64,000 bases of DNA from Candidatus Dormiibacterota bacterium (GCA_041691155.1 JBEPVD010000002.1:66109-130108); one strand, 5' to 3'. Shown: positions 44,929-55,329, numbered from the stretch's first letter. Numbers and translations: made by a program. The notes: a model not told the origin generated them from the letters alone.

Positions 44929-46262
44929 GCGATGAGCCCGGCAATTGCTCGCCCGAGCTCTCCCGGGACGTCGCCGATCGAGTGATGGCGGCCCTCGGAC
45001 ACGATCGCGCGTCCCCCCACCACCACGACACGCACATCCGCGGCGATCGCCCCGAACACCAGCGCCTCGAGAAGGTGCTCGGGATCGGCACCGGCGAGTC
45101 GAGGCGTATCGATGTCCACGCAGATGAAGTCGGCGAGCTTGCCTGCTCGCAGGAGCCCAGCGTCGGCCCAACCAATCGACGTGAGCCCGCCGGATGTTGC
45201 CGCGCGGAGGAGCGAAGCGGGCGCCCAGTGACCGCGTGTCTCCACGCGGAGCCGCTCGTCAAGTTCCAATGCGCGAGCTTCCTCGAAAAGGTCGATGACG
45301 CTATGCCCATCACTCCCGAGCGAGAGGCTGACGCCGGCATCCGCCGCCGCGCGTGCTGGACCGATGCCGTCACCGAGGTCGCGCTCGGTGGTGGGGCACA
45401 TGCAGATGCTGGTGCCGTGTCCGTGCAGCAACGAGATGTCGTCGGTGGTGCAATGCGTCGCATGCACGGCGGTCGTCCGCTCGCCGAGCGCGCCCGCATC
45501 CGCAAGCAGTTGCGCCGGCGTACATCCAAAAGCCTGGATACAGGCGAGGTTTTCGGAACGTTGCTCGGAGAGGTGGGCATGGAGCGGGCTGCCGTGCTCC
45601 TCCGCGTAGGCACTGACGACGCGCATCTGGTCGGAAGAGACAGCTCGCACGGAGTGGATGGCCGTGCCGATTCGGATTTCGGTCGTGGACGTCATCGCCG
45701 ACACGCGCTCCGCCCAGCGATCCGCGTCGCCATCACTGAATCGAAGCTGCATTTGGTCCAGTGGCGTGTCGAAGCCACCTGCGAGATAGCAGGTATCGAG
45801 CAAGGTCATGCGGATGCCCGCGTCGGTTGCGGCCGCGACGAGGGCGTCGCTCATCGCATTCGGGTTGCTGTAGGCGTCACCGCCCGGGGCGTGGTGGACG
45901 TAATGAAACTCGCCGACCGCCGTGATGCCGGCAAGCGCCATCTCCGCGTAGGTCGCGCGCGCGAGCGCATGGAACGTGTCAGGATCGAGACGCGCGGCAA
46001 CGACGTACATCGCGTCGCGCCATGTCCAGAATGTTCCCCCCCCGCTGTTCGTGCGCCCCCGCAAGGCACGGTGAAAACAGTGGGAATGCGCGTTCGCAAG
46101 GCCTGGCATCACCAGCCCGCCGAGGCGTCGTGCGCGCGACGGCGCCGGCTGGACGTCTGTCGTGACGGAGACGATCCGGTCGCCGTCCACAGCGATGACA
46201 ACGTCGCGCTCGACTGCATCGCCGGTGCCAAGCCACGCCCACGGCGCATACCACTCGGTCAC
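44925..46262 (-). CDS. hutF: formimidoylglutamate deiminase-like amidohydrolase (HutF family)
   Basis: PGLANAHSHCFHRALRGRT...GTFWTWRDAMY plus further amidohydrolase metal-ligand blocks. GTG start in a GTGA overlap. Confidence 0.75.
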   Translation of the reverse strand: MTEWYAPWAWLGTGDAVERDVVIAVDGDRIVSVTTDVQPAPSRARRLGGLVMPGLANAHSHCFHRALRGRTNSGGGTFWTWRDAMYVVAARLDPDTFHALARATYAEMALAGITAVGEFHYVHHAPGGDAYSNPNAMSDALVAAATDAGIRMTLLDTCYLAGGFDTPLDQMQLRFSDGDADRWAERVSAMTSTTEIRIGTAIHSVRAVSSDQMRVVSAYAEEHGSPLHAHLSEQRSENLACIQAFGCTPAQLLADAGALGERTTAVHATHCTTDDISLLHGHGTSICMCPTTERDLGDGIGPARAAADAGVSLSLGSDGHSVIDLFEEARALELDERLRVETRGHWAPASLLRAATSGGLTSIGWADAGLLRAGKLADFICVDIDTPRLAGADPEHLLEALVFGAIAADVRVVVVGGRAIVSEGRHHSIGDVPGELGRAIAGLIA

Positions 46263-47509
46263 CGGCGCAGAAGGTCCTCGAGCACGGTCGCGAGCGCGCG
46301 AACACCGTCGAGGCAGTCCGCAAGGTCGGCGTGTTCGGCTGGGCTGTGACTGACGCCGTTTTCGTTGCGAACAAAGAGCATTCCCGTCGGAATCGAATCC
46401 GAGAGAATGCCGGCGTCATGGCCCGCGCCGGTCGGCAACTCCCGGGGGTCGAACCCGCCAGCGCGAAGCGCGGCTGCCATGCGCCCACGAAGCTCGGCGT
46501 CGAAGCGGACCTCGGGCGTGGACGATTCCTGCACGCTTTCCAGGTGCACGCCGTGCGCGACGGCCTCGGTCGATGCCTCTGTCGACAAAGCGGTCACGAC
46601 CTGTTCGAGCTTCGACTGGTCCGCGGCGCGCGCATCCAGCCAGGCGTGCACGGCCGACGGGATACCGTTGGTGGCGTTGGGCTCGACTGTTACCCGGCCG
46701 AAGGTTGCGATCGCCCCCACCTGCGCAGCCAGGCGACGCGCCGCGATCGCCGTGGCCGCGAAGGGCAACATCGGATCGTGGCGGTCGACGAGACGCGTCG
46801 TCCCGGCATGATTTGCCTCACCGCGAAAGGTAAACCGCCAGCGGCCGTGCGGCCAGATCGCGGTGGCGATGCCGATCGACGATTGCATGCCTGCCAGCCC
46901 AAGGCCCTGCTCGATGTGCAATTCCACGAATGCACTGAAGCGCGAAAGGTCGCCGCGCGACGGCGCCGCATCGAGATCGACTCCCGCCGCGAGCATCGCG
47001 TCTCGCATGGTGATCCCCGCGGCGTCCTGCAGCGCATAGGCCGACGGGAGAGTCAAGACGCCGCTCAGCAGACGGCTGCCGACGCATGCCAGTCCGAACC
47101 TCGCACCCTCCTCATCCGCGAACACCCCGACCGCGAGCGACCGTTGCGGCGTGACACCGCGTTCGCGGAGCAGGTCGACGGCGCACAGCGAACTGATCAC
47201 CCCGAGCGGGCCATCAAAAGCGCCCCCGTCCGGAACCGAGTCGAGGTGACTCCCCGTGAGCACCGCCCCGTCTCGGCCGGTATCCGAGACATCCCACCAC
47301 GCGAGGAGGTTGCCCCAGCCGTCGGGCTCGACGCGCAGATTGCGATCGTGCGCCTCCTCCAGAAACCACGCTCGACATGCTGTGTCGGCGGCAGTCCATG
47401 CGTAGCGTCGATAGCCACCGGTGCCGGCGTCTCGACCGATGGGCAGCAGCGCCTGCCAGGCGCCATGGAAGCGCTGCGCCACCAGCGCGCTTGCCGAAAG
47501 ATCGGTCAA
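46259..47509 (-). CDS. M20 family amidohydrolase (allantoate amidohydrolase / N-carbamoyl- or N-formyl-amino-acid hydrolase type)
   Basis: GGYRRYAWT, LTGSHLDSVPDGGAFDGPLGV and FADEEGARFG. TTG 47507-47509 is preferred because it forms a TTGA overlap with the upstream stop; GTG 47551 is the alternative. Confidence 0.78.
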   Translation of the reverse strand: MTDLSASALVAQRFHGAWQALLPIGRDAGTGGYRRYAWTAADTACRAWFLEEAHDRNLRVEPDGWGNLLAWWDVSDTGRDGAVLTGSHLDSVPDGGAFDGPLGVISSLCAVDLLRERGVTPQRSLAVGVFADEEGARFGLACVGSRLLSGVLTLPSAYALQDAAGITMRDAMLAAGVDLDAAPSRGDLSRFSAFVELHIEQGLGLAGMQSSIGIATAIWPHGRWRFTFRGEANHAGTTRLVDRHDPMLPFAATAIAARRLAAQVGAIATFGRVTVEPNATNGIPSAVHAWLDARAADQSKLEQVVTALSTEASTEAVAHGVHLESVQESSTPEVRFDAELRGRMAAALRAGGFDPRELPTGAGHDAGILSDSIPTGMLFVRNENGVSHSPAEHADLADCLDGVRALATVLEDLLRR

Positions 47510-48663
47510 TGCGAGGTGGCGCTCGGTGCCGGCCAGGTCTGACCGAACCACCGGCGGATGCGGCTGGAACCGAACTCGAGCTTCTGGGCGGCGATCTCAC
47601 GGGATGGGCCTTCGATGCCGCCGACGGGAGCCGCGCCGCTCAGGAAGGTCACCTCGACGCTCGCGACCTGGCCGGCACCAAACTCCAGGTAACAGACTCC
47701 GCGGCCGTTGTAGTGCGTCAGAGGTTCGCCGGGTCGCGTCCGGGCGGCGATGGCGGCGGCGACCACCAAGCCCTGACCCTCGGAGAACACCCCAGCCTTC
47801 GGGGTGCCGACGCTGGTGACGTCCCCGATCGCGTACACATCGGGAAACGACGTCTCGAGAGTCAGTGAGTTCACCGGAATCCATCCGTCAACGGTCATCC
47901 CCGATTCCGCCACGACTGCGGGAACGCGATGGGCCGGCACGCCAAGGAACAGGTCGTACGGCATCTCGCCGCCGTCAGAGAGTACGGCGACTTTGCGCGA
48001 GGCGTCGAGCTCGCGTATCAATCGATCGGGATGCCAGTCAATGCCCCGCTCCCGGAAGATGGCAAGCAGCGCTGTGGAGGCATCCGGCGATGGCGGGATG
48101 GGAACGCCCATAGGCATCACCAGCGCGATGCGCGACTGCTCACGAAGGCCGCGGACGCGCAGGTACTCATCCAACAGCAGCGCGGTCTCACTTGGCGCCG
48201 GCGGGCACTTGAATGGCATCGACGTCACCGCGATGATGACGCGGCCGCCTTCGAAGTTCGCCAGCACATCGCGGACGGCGAAGGCGCCAGCAACCGTGTA
48301 GAACTCGTGGCCACCCTCAACGAGGCCGGGGGTCGCGTCCGGGTGCAGATCCGCACCGAGCGCGACGACGAGCACGTCCGCGTCAAAGGTACCCGCGTCA
48401 GTCACGACACGCCTCGCGACGGCGTCGATCGAGCGGATGGGTGACTGCACAAAGCGGACGCCGGGCTTGGCGATGTCGCGGTAGGGATGCTGGACGGCCT
48501 CTGGGAGTGCGTGGCCGAACATCACCTCGAGCTTCGAGAAGCCGAAGACAAACCGATCGCTCTGGTCGATGAGGACGATGTCGATCTCGTCGCCGAATGT
48601 CTCGGAGAGGCCGGACATCACCTCCAGACCACCGAAGCCGGCGCCGAGGATCACCACACGCAT
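47506..48663 (-). CDS. NAD(P)/FAD-dependent oxidoreductase (NDH-2 / sulfide:quinone reductase-like)
   Basis: MRVVILGAGFGGLE dinucleotide fold and IGDVTSVGTPKAG. Confidence 0.83.
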   Translation of the reverse strand: MRVVILGAGFGGLEVMSGLSETFGDEIDIVLIDQSDRFVFGFSKLEVMFGHALPEAVQHPYRDIAKPGVRFVQSPIRSIDAVARRVVTDAGTFDADVLVVALGADLHPDATPGLVEGGHEFYTVAGAFAVRDVLANFEGGRVIIAVTSMPFKCPPAPSETALLLDEYLRVRGLREQSRIALVMPMGVPIPPSPDASTALLAIFRERGIDWHPDRLIRELDASRKVAVLSDGGEMPYDLFLGVPAHRVPAVVAESGMTVDGWIPVNSLTLETSFPDVYAIGDVTSVGTPKAGVFSEGQGLVVAAAIAARTRPGEPLTHYNGRGVCYLEFGAGQVASVEVTFLSGAAPVGGIEGPSREIAAQKLEFGSSRIRRWFGQTWPAPSATSH

Positions 48664-48704
48664 CGCGCGATCATATTCGTCGGGCGTAACGTTTCCGCGG
48701 ACTC

Positions 48705-49712
48705 ATGAAACTTGACACCTTCGCCCGCTATCCCCTGCTCTTCGGACCATCGCCCGTCCACCGCCTCGACCGCCTCACCACAGCGCTCGGCGGCGCCGAG
48801 GTCTGGGCGAAGCGCGAGGACTGCAACAGCGGTCTTGCGTATGGGGGCAACAAGATGCGCAAGCTCGAGTACCTCGTCGCCGACGCGATCGCGCAAGGCT
48901 GCGACACGCTGGTCTCAATCGGCGGGGTCCAGTCAAACCACACCAGGCAGGTCGCCGCCGCGGCCGCCCGTGTCGGCATGAAATGCGTGCTCGTCCAGGA
49001 GAGTTGGGTCGACTGGCCCGACCCCATGTACGACAAGGTCGGCAACATCCTGCTGAGCCGGGTGCTCGGCGCGGATATCCGGATGGTGCAGGCCGGGTTC
49101 GGCATTGGATTCAAGGAGAGCTGGGAGGCGGCGCTGGCGCAGGTCGAGGCCGCGGGCGGAAAGCCCTACCCGATCCCGGCCGGTGCCTCGGACCATCCCC
49201 TCGGTGGCCTCGGTTTCGCGCAGTGGGCCCAGGAGGTTGCGGCCCAGGAGCGCGATCTGGGTGTGTTCTTCGACACCATCATCGTCTGCGCCGTCACCGG
49301 CAGCACGCAGGCGGGAATGGTCGCCGGCTTCGCGGCCCAGGACCGTCCTCGGCGTGTCGTGGGCATCGATGGCTCGGCGAAGCCGGACGAAACGCGGGCG
49401 CAAGTCAGTCGCATCGCGCGAAATACCGCCGCACTCATCGATGTCGGGCGCGACCTCCGCGACGATGAGGTCATCCTCGACGATCGCTATCACGCAGGCA
49501 CGTACGGTCTCGCCGATGAGCGCACCGTGGCGGCGATCAAACTTGGTGCGCGGCTCGAAGGGATGATCACCGACCCCGTGTACGAGGGAAAGTCACTCGC
49601 TGGGATGATCGACATGATCACGACCACGGAGATCCCGCACACCGCCACCGTGCTCTACGCACACCTCGGCGGGCAGCCCGCGTTGAACGGTTACACCTCG
49701 CTGTTCGACTGA
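48705..49712 (+). CDS. acdS: 1-aminocyclopropane-1-carboxylate deaminase
   Basis: Full-length resemblance to AcdS: [59 protein letters not shown] and [13 protein letters not shown]. Confidence 0.86.
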   Translation: MKLDTFARYPLLFGPSPVHRLDRLTTALGGAEVWAKREDCNSGLAYGGNKMRKLEYLVADAIAQGCDTLVSIGGVQSNHTRQVAAAAARVGMKCVLVQESWVDWPDPMYDKVGNILLSRVLGADIRMVQAGFGIGFKESWEAALAQVEAAGGKPYPIPAGASDHPLGGLGFAQWAQEVAAQERDLGVFFDTIIVCAVTGSTQAGMVAGFAAQDRPRRVVGIDGSAKPDETRAQVSRIARNTAALIDVGRDLRDDEVILDDRYHAGTYGLADERTVAAIKLGARLEGMITDPVYEGKSLAGMIDMITTTEIPHTATVLYAHLGGQPALNGYTSLFD

Positions 49713-49726
49713 CGGTTCAGTCGGAC
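49703..49726. terminator. hairpin spanning the acdS stop codon
   Basis: gttcgactga-cggt-tcagtcggac: a 10-bp stem (one G-U pair) followed by tt. Confidence 0.4.
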
Positions 49727-49880
49727 TTGGTGCGGCGCTTGCGACGGCGACGGAACACGACCAGCAACGAAACCGCCGCGACGGCCGCGAGGAGTCCTCG
49801 TACTCTCTTCATGATCCGAGGCTAGCGTTCGGGGGAAGGGCACGTCAACTGACGGCCATATGCCACGGTCGTCCGCCGGC

Positions 49881-50504
49881 TCACTTCGTGAGCAAGGTGG
49901 CGACCACGTTGATCGTGGTTGCGACCACGACCACGCCGAAGAGATACGACAGCAATCCATGGCGCAGGACAGTCATCCGGATCGCCTTGGAACTGATGTC
50001 CGTGTCCGAGACTTGATAGGTCATCCCGAGCGTCAGGGATACATAGAGGAAGTCACCGAAGTCCGGGTCCGCTTCCGAATGAAAGGTGATACCGCCCCCC
50101 TCGGCGTAGTAGATACGCGCGTAGCGCAACGTGAACACCGCATGAACGGATGCCCAGGACAGCAACACGCTGACCACGACGAGCGTGGTGATCAGGGATT
50201 TGACGAGGCCGTGGTTCGACGCGGCGGCGATGAGCGCCAAGGCGACGGCCACGAGACTGAAGACGCTCGCGCCGACGAGAATGGCTTCCGCCGCGGTTCG
50301 GGAGTCATCCTCGCTGGTCGCCACCTTTCGGGACGCCGCGCTGTCCTTGCCCCGAGTGGTGAAGAACACAAACGCAATGAAGGCCGCAGCGGTCGCATCC
50401 CACCCAACCAGGATCGCCACCTGCCACTCGCTGAAGATGAACGCGAGGATGAAGGCCACGATCCCGATGGACAGACAGATGCCCAGCCGGTTGCGTGCGT
50501 TCAT
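49881..50504 (-). CDS. DUF1345 domain-containing membrane protein
   Basis: HAVFTLRYARIYYAEGGGITF...DFLYVSLTLGMTYQVSD. Confidence 0.85.
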   Translation of the reverse strand: MNARNRLGICLSIGIVAFILAFIFSEWQVAILVGWDATAAAFIAFVFFTTRGKDSAASRKVATSEDDSRTAAEAILVGASVFSLVAVALALIAAASNHGLVKSLITTLVVVSVLLSWASVHAVFTLRYARIYYAEGGGITFHSEADPDFGDFLYVSLTLGMTYQVSDTDISSKAIRMTVLRHGLLSYLFGVVVVATTINVVATLLTK

Positions 50505-50655
50505 GAGACGGCGCGCTCCTCAGGCAATCAGCTCCCTCGCTCGTGCCTGGACATGGTCGCGAGGATAGCCGAAGGTGCGAGTCAGTGCCGAGATCGGTGA
50601 GGCAACGCCTCACAACTGGCCAGGTCAACCCGTGTCGGACGTCCTGCGACCTGCC

Positions 50656-51579
50656 TCAGCAGCTCGCGAACTCGGCCACCGTGCCGGAAACCGCGTCCGA
50701 CACCACGAGGTCGCCATTCGCGAGCATCGCAAGCCCCGCCGGATCCGGAATCCCACTCACCAGGATCGCCGAGTGATCAGTTGCCGGGTTGAAGGCGAGG
50801 ATCTCCCTGTGACGGGGGACATCGAGATACACCAATTGCCCCTTGGTCACCACCGCGGCCATCACGGTCAGATTCTTGTATGGCGTGGCGGCGCCGCCTG
50901 ACAGCGGCACTCCCACGAGCCCGGTCTGTCCGTAGCCCGCAACATCGATGACACCGTCGGGGCCGACAGCGGCGTCGACCGGAAGCGTCAGCCCGGTGGT
51001 GAGCACCGTCGGCTGCCCCCCCGTGAGCGGGACCGAAAGCAGTTGGCCTGCCGACGTGTCAGGCACGAGCAACACCCCCGCGGCCACGTCGCCCTCGAGC
51101 CCCTGGATGGTCGGCACACCCGGTTTGGGTGTCAGCTGCAAAAAGGTTGTTCGCGTCAGCGTCGCAGGATCGAAGTCGATGATGCTGTCGTCGTTGTGAT
51201 CGGCGATCAGGATGTGACCGTTGGACAGCGGCACGATGCCTCGCGGCGTGTGTGCCGCATACGATCCGAGCGTTGCCCCAGTGGGCGCGAGGTGGGTGAC
51301 GAGACCGGAACTGGACGCGACCCAGACTGAGCCGTCGGCTCCGACGGCGAGGTCGGTCGCCTCGCTCACCTTCGCGAATACCTTCAGCGACGAGAACGAC
51401 TGCGTCCTCGGGCAGGAATTGAGGAGCTGCGACGGCGTCGGCGCGGCGGTGGGATTCGGCGTCGTCGCCGGTGTTGGCGACACACGACTGGCCGCGGTGA
51501 TCACCGGGGCGCCACTCGATCCGCAGGCGCATAACGCCGCGCACGCTACGAGTACGAGCCGAGACCTGATCCGCTTCAT
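50656..51579 (-). CDS. lipoprotein with a beta-propeller (NHL/SMP-30-like) body
   Basis: MKRIRSRLVLVACAALCACGSS (lipobox LCAC), followed by repeated G-x-V-x-V-A/D strands. Confidence 0.72.
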   Translation of the reverse strand: MKRIRSRLVLVACAALCACGSSGAPVITAASRVSPTPATTPNPTAAPTPSQLLNSCPRTQSFSSLKVFAKVSEATDLAVGADGSVWVASSSGLVTHLAPTGATLGSYAAHTPRGIVPLSNGHILIADHNDDSIIDFDPATLTRTTFLQLTPKPGVPTIQGLEGDVAAGVLLVPDTSAGQLLSVPLTGGQPTVLTTGLTLPVDAAVGPDGVIDVAGYGQTGLVGVPLSGGAATPYKNLTVMAAVVTKGQLVYLDVPRHREILAFNPATDHSAILVSGIPDPAGLAMLANGDLVVSDAVSGTVAEFASC

Positions 51580-51945
51580 TCGCCGGTCGTGCCCACCTCC
51601 CAGAGAGCTGACGACTTCGACCGCTCATCGCGGCGTGCTCCCGCATTCTATGTCGGGGCCTCGCCCTCCCGACCGCGGTTCATGGAGTCCCAGCTTGAGG
51701 CCGAGGTCGCACGGCGCCACCTACGGGTCGCGGCACGCTGCGACGACGACCGCCGCGGTCAAGGACTCGAGTGACCCAAAACATGGCCTGGAGCGTTCCT
51801 GCACTGCACGCTCAAGAGCGGAACCATGACCACGCCGTTCGGGACGCTCACCAAGATCTGAAAGGCGCGTGCGCGATGGCCGGACCCGTGGCAGCATTAC
51901 GGCCGATCGCCGAACGGGGCGTGCAGCAGACTCGGAGGGCACACA

Positions 51946-52173
51946 TTGACCGGGGAAGTCGACCTCATCGGGAGCCGTGTGAGCGCGATGCATCTGGCGT
52001 ACGACTGCCTGGGATGCTCGAAGACCGTCGCCGTCACCATCACTGACGGCGGTAAGGATTCCTCGCGGCATCGCCGCCTCATCCAGCGGCCGCAGGCGTG
52101 CCCGGACTGCGGCGAAGCAGTGGCAATCGCGCTGGAGGCGCAGGTGCCGCACGGCGAACCGGTGGTGCGCTAG
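51946..52173 (+). CDS. small zinc-ribbon-like protein (CxxC...CxxC)
   Basis: TTG start with GGAGGG 6 nt upstream. Very high GC3. CLGC and CPDC pairs lie 28 residues apart. 75 aa. Confidence 0.5.
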   Translation: MTGEVDLIGSRVSAMHLAYDCLGCSKTVAVTITDGGKDSSRHRRLIQRPQACPDCGEAVAIALEAQVPHGEPVVR

Positions 52174-52265
52174 GGCGGCGAGCCATCGCCGAAACCGAGG
52201 CGCTGACTCACTGCTGCCACTGTCATCGTGGCGACACACAACAGCGCTAGGCTGGGTCCAGCAGC

Positions 52266-52967
52266 ATGGATGTCAACCCGAGCGCGCCGATCCTCGTCGT
52301 CGACGATGACCCGAAGATTGTCTCGCTGGTCAGCCTGTACCTCGAGCGAGAGGGATTCCGCGTCATCTCGGCGGGTGACGGCCTTGCGGCCCTGGCGTCC
52401 ATCGAAGCGTCGGCGCCAAAGCTCGTCGTCCTCGACGTGATGCTCCCCGAGCTCGACGGAGTCGCGGTGATGCAGCGCGTGCGCGAGCACTCGCGGGTGC
52501 CGGTGGTGATGCTGTCCGCGCGCGGTTCGACCGCCGACCGCGTCTACGGGATCAGTGAGGGTGCTGACGATTACCTCTCGAAGCCGTTCTCCCCTGCCGA
52601 GCTGGTCGTCCGTATCAAGGCGGTGCTGCGACGCACGGAGCCCGCGACCGACCGACAGCACGGCGTCCTGACCTTGAGCGATCTCGAGATCGACCTCGAC
52701 CGAATGGAGGTCACGCGCGACGGCCGCTCTCTGGCGCTCACCCACGCCGAATTCCGGCTCCTCTCGGCACTGGCAATGGCCGGCGGGCGCGTGCTCAGCC
52801 GCGAAGCGTTGCTCGACTCGCTCTACGGAAGCGCGCTGGGAGACGCGATGGATCGCACCGTCGACGTGCATGTGAGCCGGCTTCGCGAAAAGCTCGATGA
52901 CCGGGCAGCCACGCCGCGCTACATCGCCACCGTTCGCGGGGCGGGTTATCGAGCGACATGCCCGTAG
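52266..52967 (+). CDS. OmpR/PhoB-family response regulator
   Basis: ILVVDDD...LVVLDVMLPELDG...LSKPF, plus the winged helix LTHAEFRLLSALA...VDVHVSRLREKL...TVRGAGY. Confidence 0.92.
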   Translation: MDVNPSAPILVVDDDPKIVSLVSLYLEREGFRVISAGDGLAALASIEASAPKLVVLDVMLPELDGVAVMQRVREHSRVPVVMLSARGSTADRVYGISEGADDYLSKPFSPAELVVRIKAVLRRTEPATDRQHGVLTLSDLEIDLDRMEVTRDGRSLALTHAEFRLLSALAMAGGRVLSREALLDSLYGSALGDAMDRTVDVHVSRLREKLDDRAATPRYIATVRGAGYRATCP

Positions 52968-54052
52968 CGGCGGATCCAAAGCCCTCGCGGACGTCCACGC
53001 GGCTCGCAACCCGAATCATCCTCGGGACCCTTGCCGTCGCGTTCGTCGCAATCGGGGTGCTCGCGGTCGGTGTGCTCGTCATCGCCCGCTCGACGTTCGA
53101 CAGCTTGATGATCGATTCCGGCGTCTCCCGGGCGATGGCCCAGGAGATGTTCGACCGTGGGGTCGCAGAGATCTTCGCGGTCGCCATGGCCGCAGCCGCC
53201 GTGGTCACCGCGGCGTTGGCGGTCGGTCTTGCGCTCCGCCTCACCCGCCCGCTCGAGGACATTTCGAAGGCTGCGCATCGCATTGCCGCCGGTGACTACG
53301 AAACGCGCGTACCACGCTCGGGTCCGTCCGAGGTCACGTCACTCGCCGACTCGTTCAACCAGATGGCCCTCAGCCTCGCGGACCAGGAACGGCTCCGGCG
53401 CGATTTCATCGTGAACGCGGCGCACGAGCTGCGGACCCCCCTCACCAACCTGCAGGGATATCTCGAAGGTTTGCGCGACGGCGTGATCGAACCGTCGCGC
53501 GAACAGTTCGCCTCGCTCCACGAAGAAGTGGACCGGCTGTCGCGACTCGCGCAATCACTGGACTCGCTTGCGGACTCAGCCGGCGAGGACGAACGGGCGG
53601 AGACCGCCGAACTCGACGTCGCGCAGAGCGTCCGCTCGGCAGCCGCGCTCACCCGGCCCTCGTTCGATGCGAAGGGCATCGACTTCGAGCTCCAGGTGCA
53701 GCAGGATCTCCACGCGCGCAGTAACCCTGACCGGCTCGCACAGGTGCTCGCGAACCTGCTCCAGAACGCAGCGCGATACACCCCGGACCAGGGGCAAGTC
53801 CGTCTCACAGCGGAGCGGCGTGGTGCAGAGGTCGAAGTCTCGGTGACGAACACCGGCCGCGGTATCCCGCCAGCCGATCTTCCCCGCGTGTTCGAACGCT
53901 TTTACCGCGTGGAGAAGTCGCGCGACAGCGCTCGGGGCGGCGCCGGCATCGGTCTCGCCATCGTCAAGCAACTGGTCGAGGCGGACGGCGGGGAGGTTGG
54001 TGCGGACTCCGTACCCGGCGCCACGAGATTCTGGGTGCGCCTTCCAGCCTGA
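52958..54052 (+). CDS. sensor histidine kinase (TM-HAMP-HisKA-HATPase)
   Basis: 10-nt overlap with the regulator gene. AAHELRTPLTNLQGYLEGL, LLQNAARYTP, NTGRGIP and GAGIGLAIV. Confidence 0.92.
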   Translation: MPVAADPKPSRTSTRLATRIILGTLAVAFVAIGVLAVGVLVIARSTFDSLMIDSGVSRAMAQEMFDRGVAEIFAVAMAAAAVVTAALAVGLALRLTRPLEDISKAAHRIAAGDYETRVPRSGPSEVTSLADSFNQMALSLADQERLRRDFIVNAAHELRTPLTNLQGYLEGLRDGVIEPSREQFASLHEEVDRLSRLAQSLDSLADSAGEDERAETAELDVAQSVRSAAALTRPSFDAKGIDFELQVQQDLHARSNPDRLAQVLANLLQNAARYTPDQGQVRLTAERRGAEVEVSVTNTGRGIPPADLPRVFERFYRVEKSRDSARGGAGIGLAIVKQLVEADGGEVGADSVPGATRFWVRLPA

Positions 54053-54153
54053 ACCGACGGGGTATGTGTCGAAACCATGACAGGGCTTCATCACTCCGTG
54101 ATGCATGGGTCCCAACCTCAGGGCTGATCCACCAACACCCGGAGGCACCATAC

Positions 54154-55278
54154 ATGCACGGACCAACCTGGTTGCGCGGCGCACTCGCCGCGACCGCAGC
54201 CGCGCTACCGCTCGTATCCGTCGCTGCGGCACACGCATCGACAGACACCCGCTCTGGAGGCGAGGCCGTATTCGTTCAGGCGAACGGCCCGGACGGCAAC
54301 TCGATCGTCGCCTACGATCGCCATCACGATGGAAGGCTCTCCTGGGTGGCGACATATGCCACCGGCGGCGACGGCGGCCGCGCGGTGGGATCGGCGTCAG
54401 ATCCTCTGGCATCGCAGGGCTCGCTGGTACTCGCCGCGGACAACTCGCTGCTGTTTGCTGTCAATGCTGGCAGCAACTCCATCTCTGTCTTCGCGGTCAA
54501 CGGCGATCATCTCGCGCTCCATCAGGTGATCGGATCCGGCGGGTTCTTCCCGACCAGCATCACAACGCACGGCGACGCGCTGTACGTCCTCAACGCCGGC
54601 GGAGCTGCGAATGTCACAGGCTTCACGATCAATGCCGGGAGGCTCCATCCGCTCCGCGGTGACACCCGCACGCTGGGGCTCACCGAGACGGTGCCACCTG
54701 CGTTTCTCGCAGCGCCGGCGGAAGTCGGGTTCACTCCGGATGGACGGCACCTGATCGTCACCGGTAAGACCAACAACTTCATCGACACGTTCGTTGTGAG
54801 GGGCGATGACCGGTTGTCGGCCTCGCCGGTACAAACCACCGACGCCAGCGTACCGTTCGCGTTTGCGTTTTCGGGCGCACAACTCGACCTCGTCAATGCG
54901 GCGGGAAACATCGCGCCTAGTCGGGTCAACGCAGACGGCACGATCACACAGGGCACGCCGGTTGCCGACGGGCAGGCGGCTGCATGCTGGATCGCGCTCG
55001 CAGGAGACTACGCGTACGTCGCCAATACCGGCAGCAGCGACGTCAGCGAGTTCCACATCGCGGACAACGGTGCAGTCACGCTCATCAATGCGACCGCGGC
55101 GAGCGTCGCCGGAGCGATCGACGAGACCGTCGCCGGCGATGGTCATTCCCTCTACGTCCAGAGCGGCCTGGGCTCGGCAGTGAACGTCTACACGATCGGC
55201 CAGCACGGCTCGCTCGCGTGGAAGCAGACGGTCACTGTGCCCGGTGGCTCCAGCCAGGAAGGCATCGCCTCCACCTGA
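54154..55278 (+). CDS. secreted lactonase-type seven-bladed beta-propeller family protein
   Basis: ATG 54154 has GGAGG 9 nt upstream. Signal LRGALAATAAALPLVSVAAAHAS. Repeated blade pattern (LYVLNAGG, LIVTGKTNN, AYVANTGSS, LYVQSGLGS). Confidence 0.68.
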   Translation: MHGPTWLRGALAATAAALPLVSVAAAHASTDTRSGGEAVFVQANGPDGNSIVAYDRHHDGRLSWVATYATGGDGGRAVGSASDPLASQGSLVLAADNSLLFAVNAGSNSISVFAVNGDHLALHQVIGSGGFFPTSITTHGDALYVLNAGGAANVTGFTINAGRLHPLRGDTRTLGLTETVPPAFLAAPAEVGFTPDGRHLIVTGKTNNFIDTFVVRGDDRLSASPVQTTDASVPFAFAFSGAQLDLVNAAGNIAPSRVNADGTITQGTPVADGQAAACWIALAGDYAYVANTGSSDVSEFHIADNGAVTLINATAASVAGAIDETVAGDGHSLYVQSGLGSAVNVYTIGQHGSLAWKQTVTVPGGSSQEGIAST

Positions 55279-55305
55279 CATCCGCCGGCTCGTTCAGATA
55301 TGAAT

Positions 55306-55329
55306 GGGGGACGGGTTCGCCCGTCCCCC
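55306..55329 (+). terminator. intrinsic terminator candidate
   Basis: gggggacggg-ttcg-cccgtccccc: a perfect 10-bp stem with a tetraloop, followed by att. Confidence 0.6.

Noticed and set aside
49717-49812. A 31-aa minus-strand ORF, MKRVRGLLAAVAAVSLLVVFRRRRKRRTKSD (a single TM helix plus a poly-basic tail).
   Set aside because: Its 3' end lies inside the hairpin that spans the acdS stop, the RBS is weak, and it is very short. It is plausible as a small membrane peptide but cannot be supported from sequence alone.
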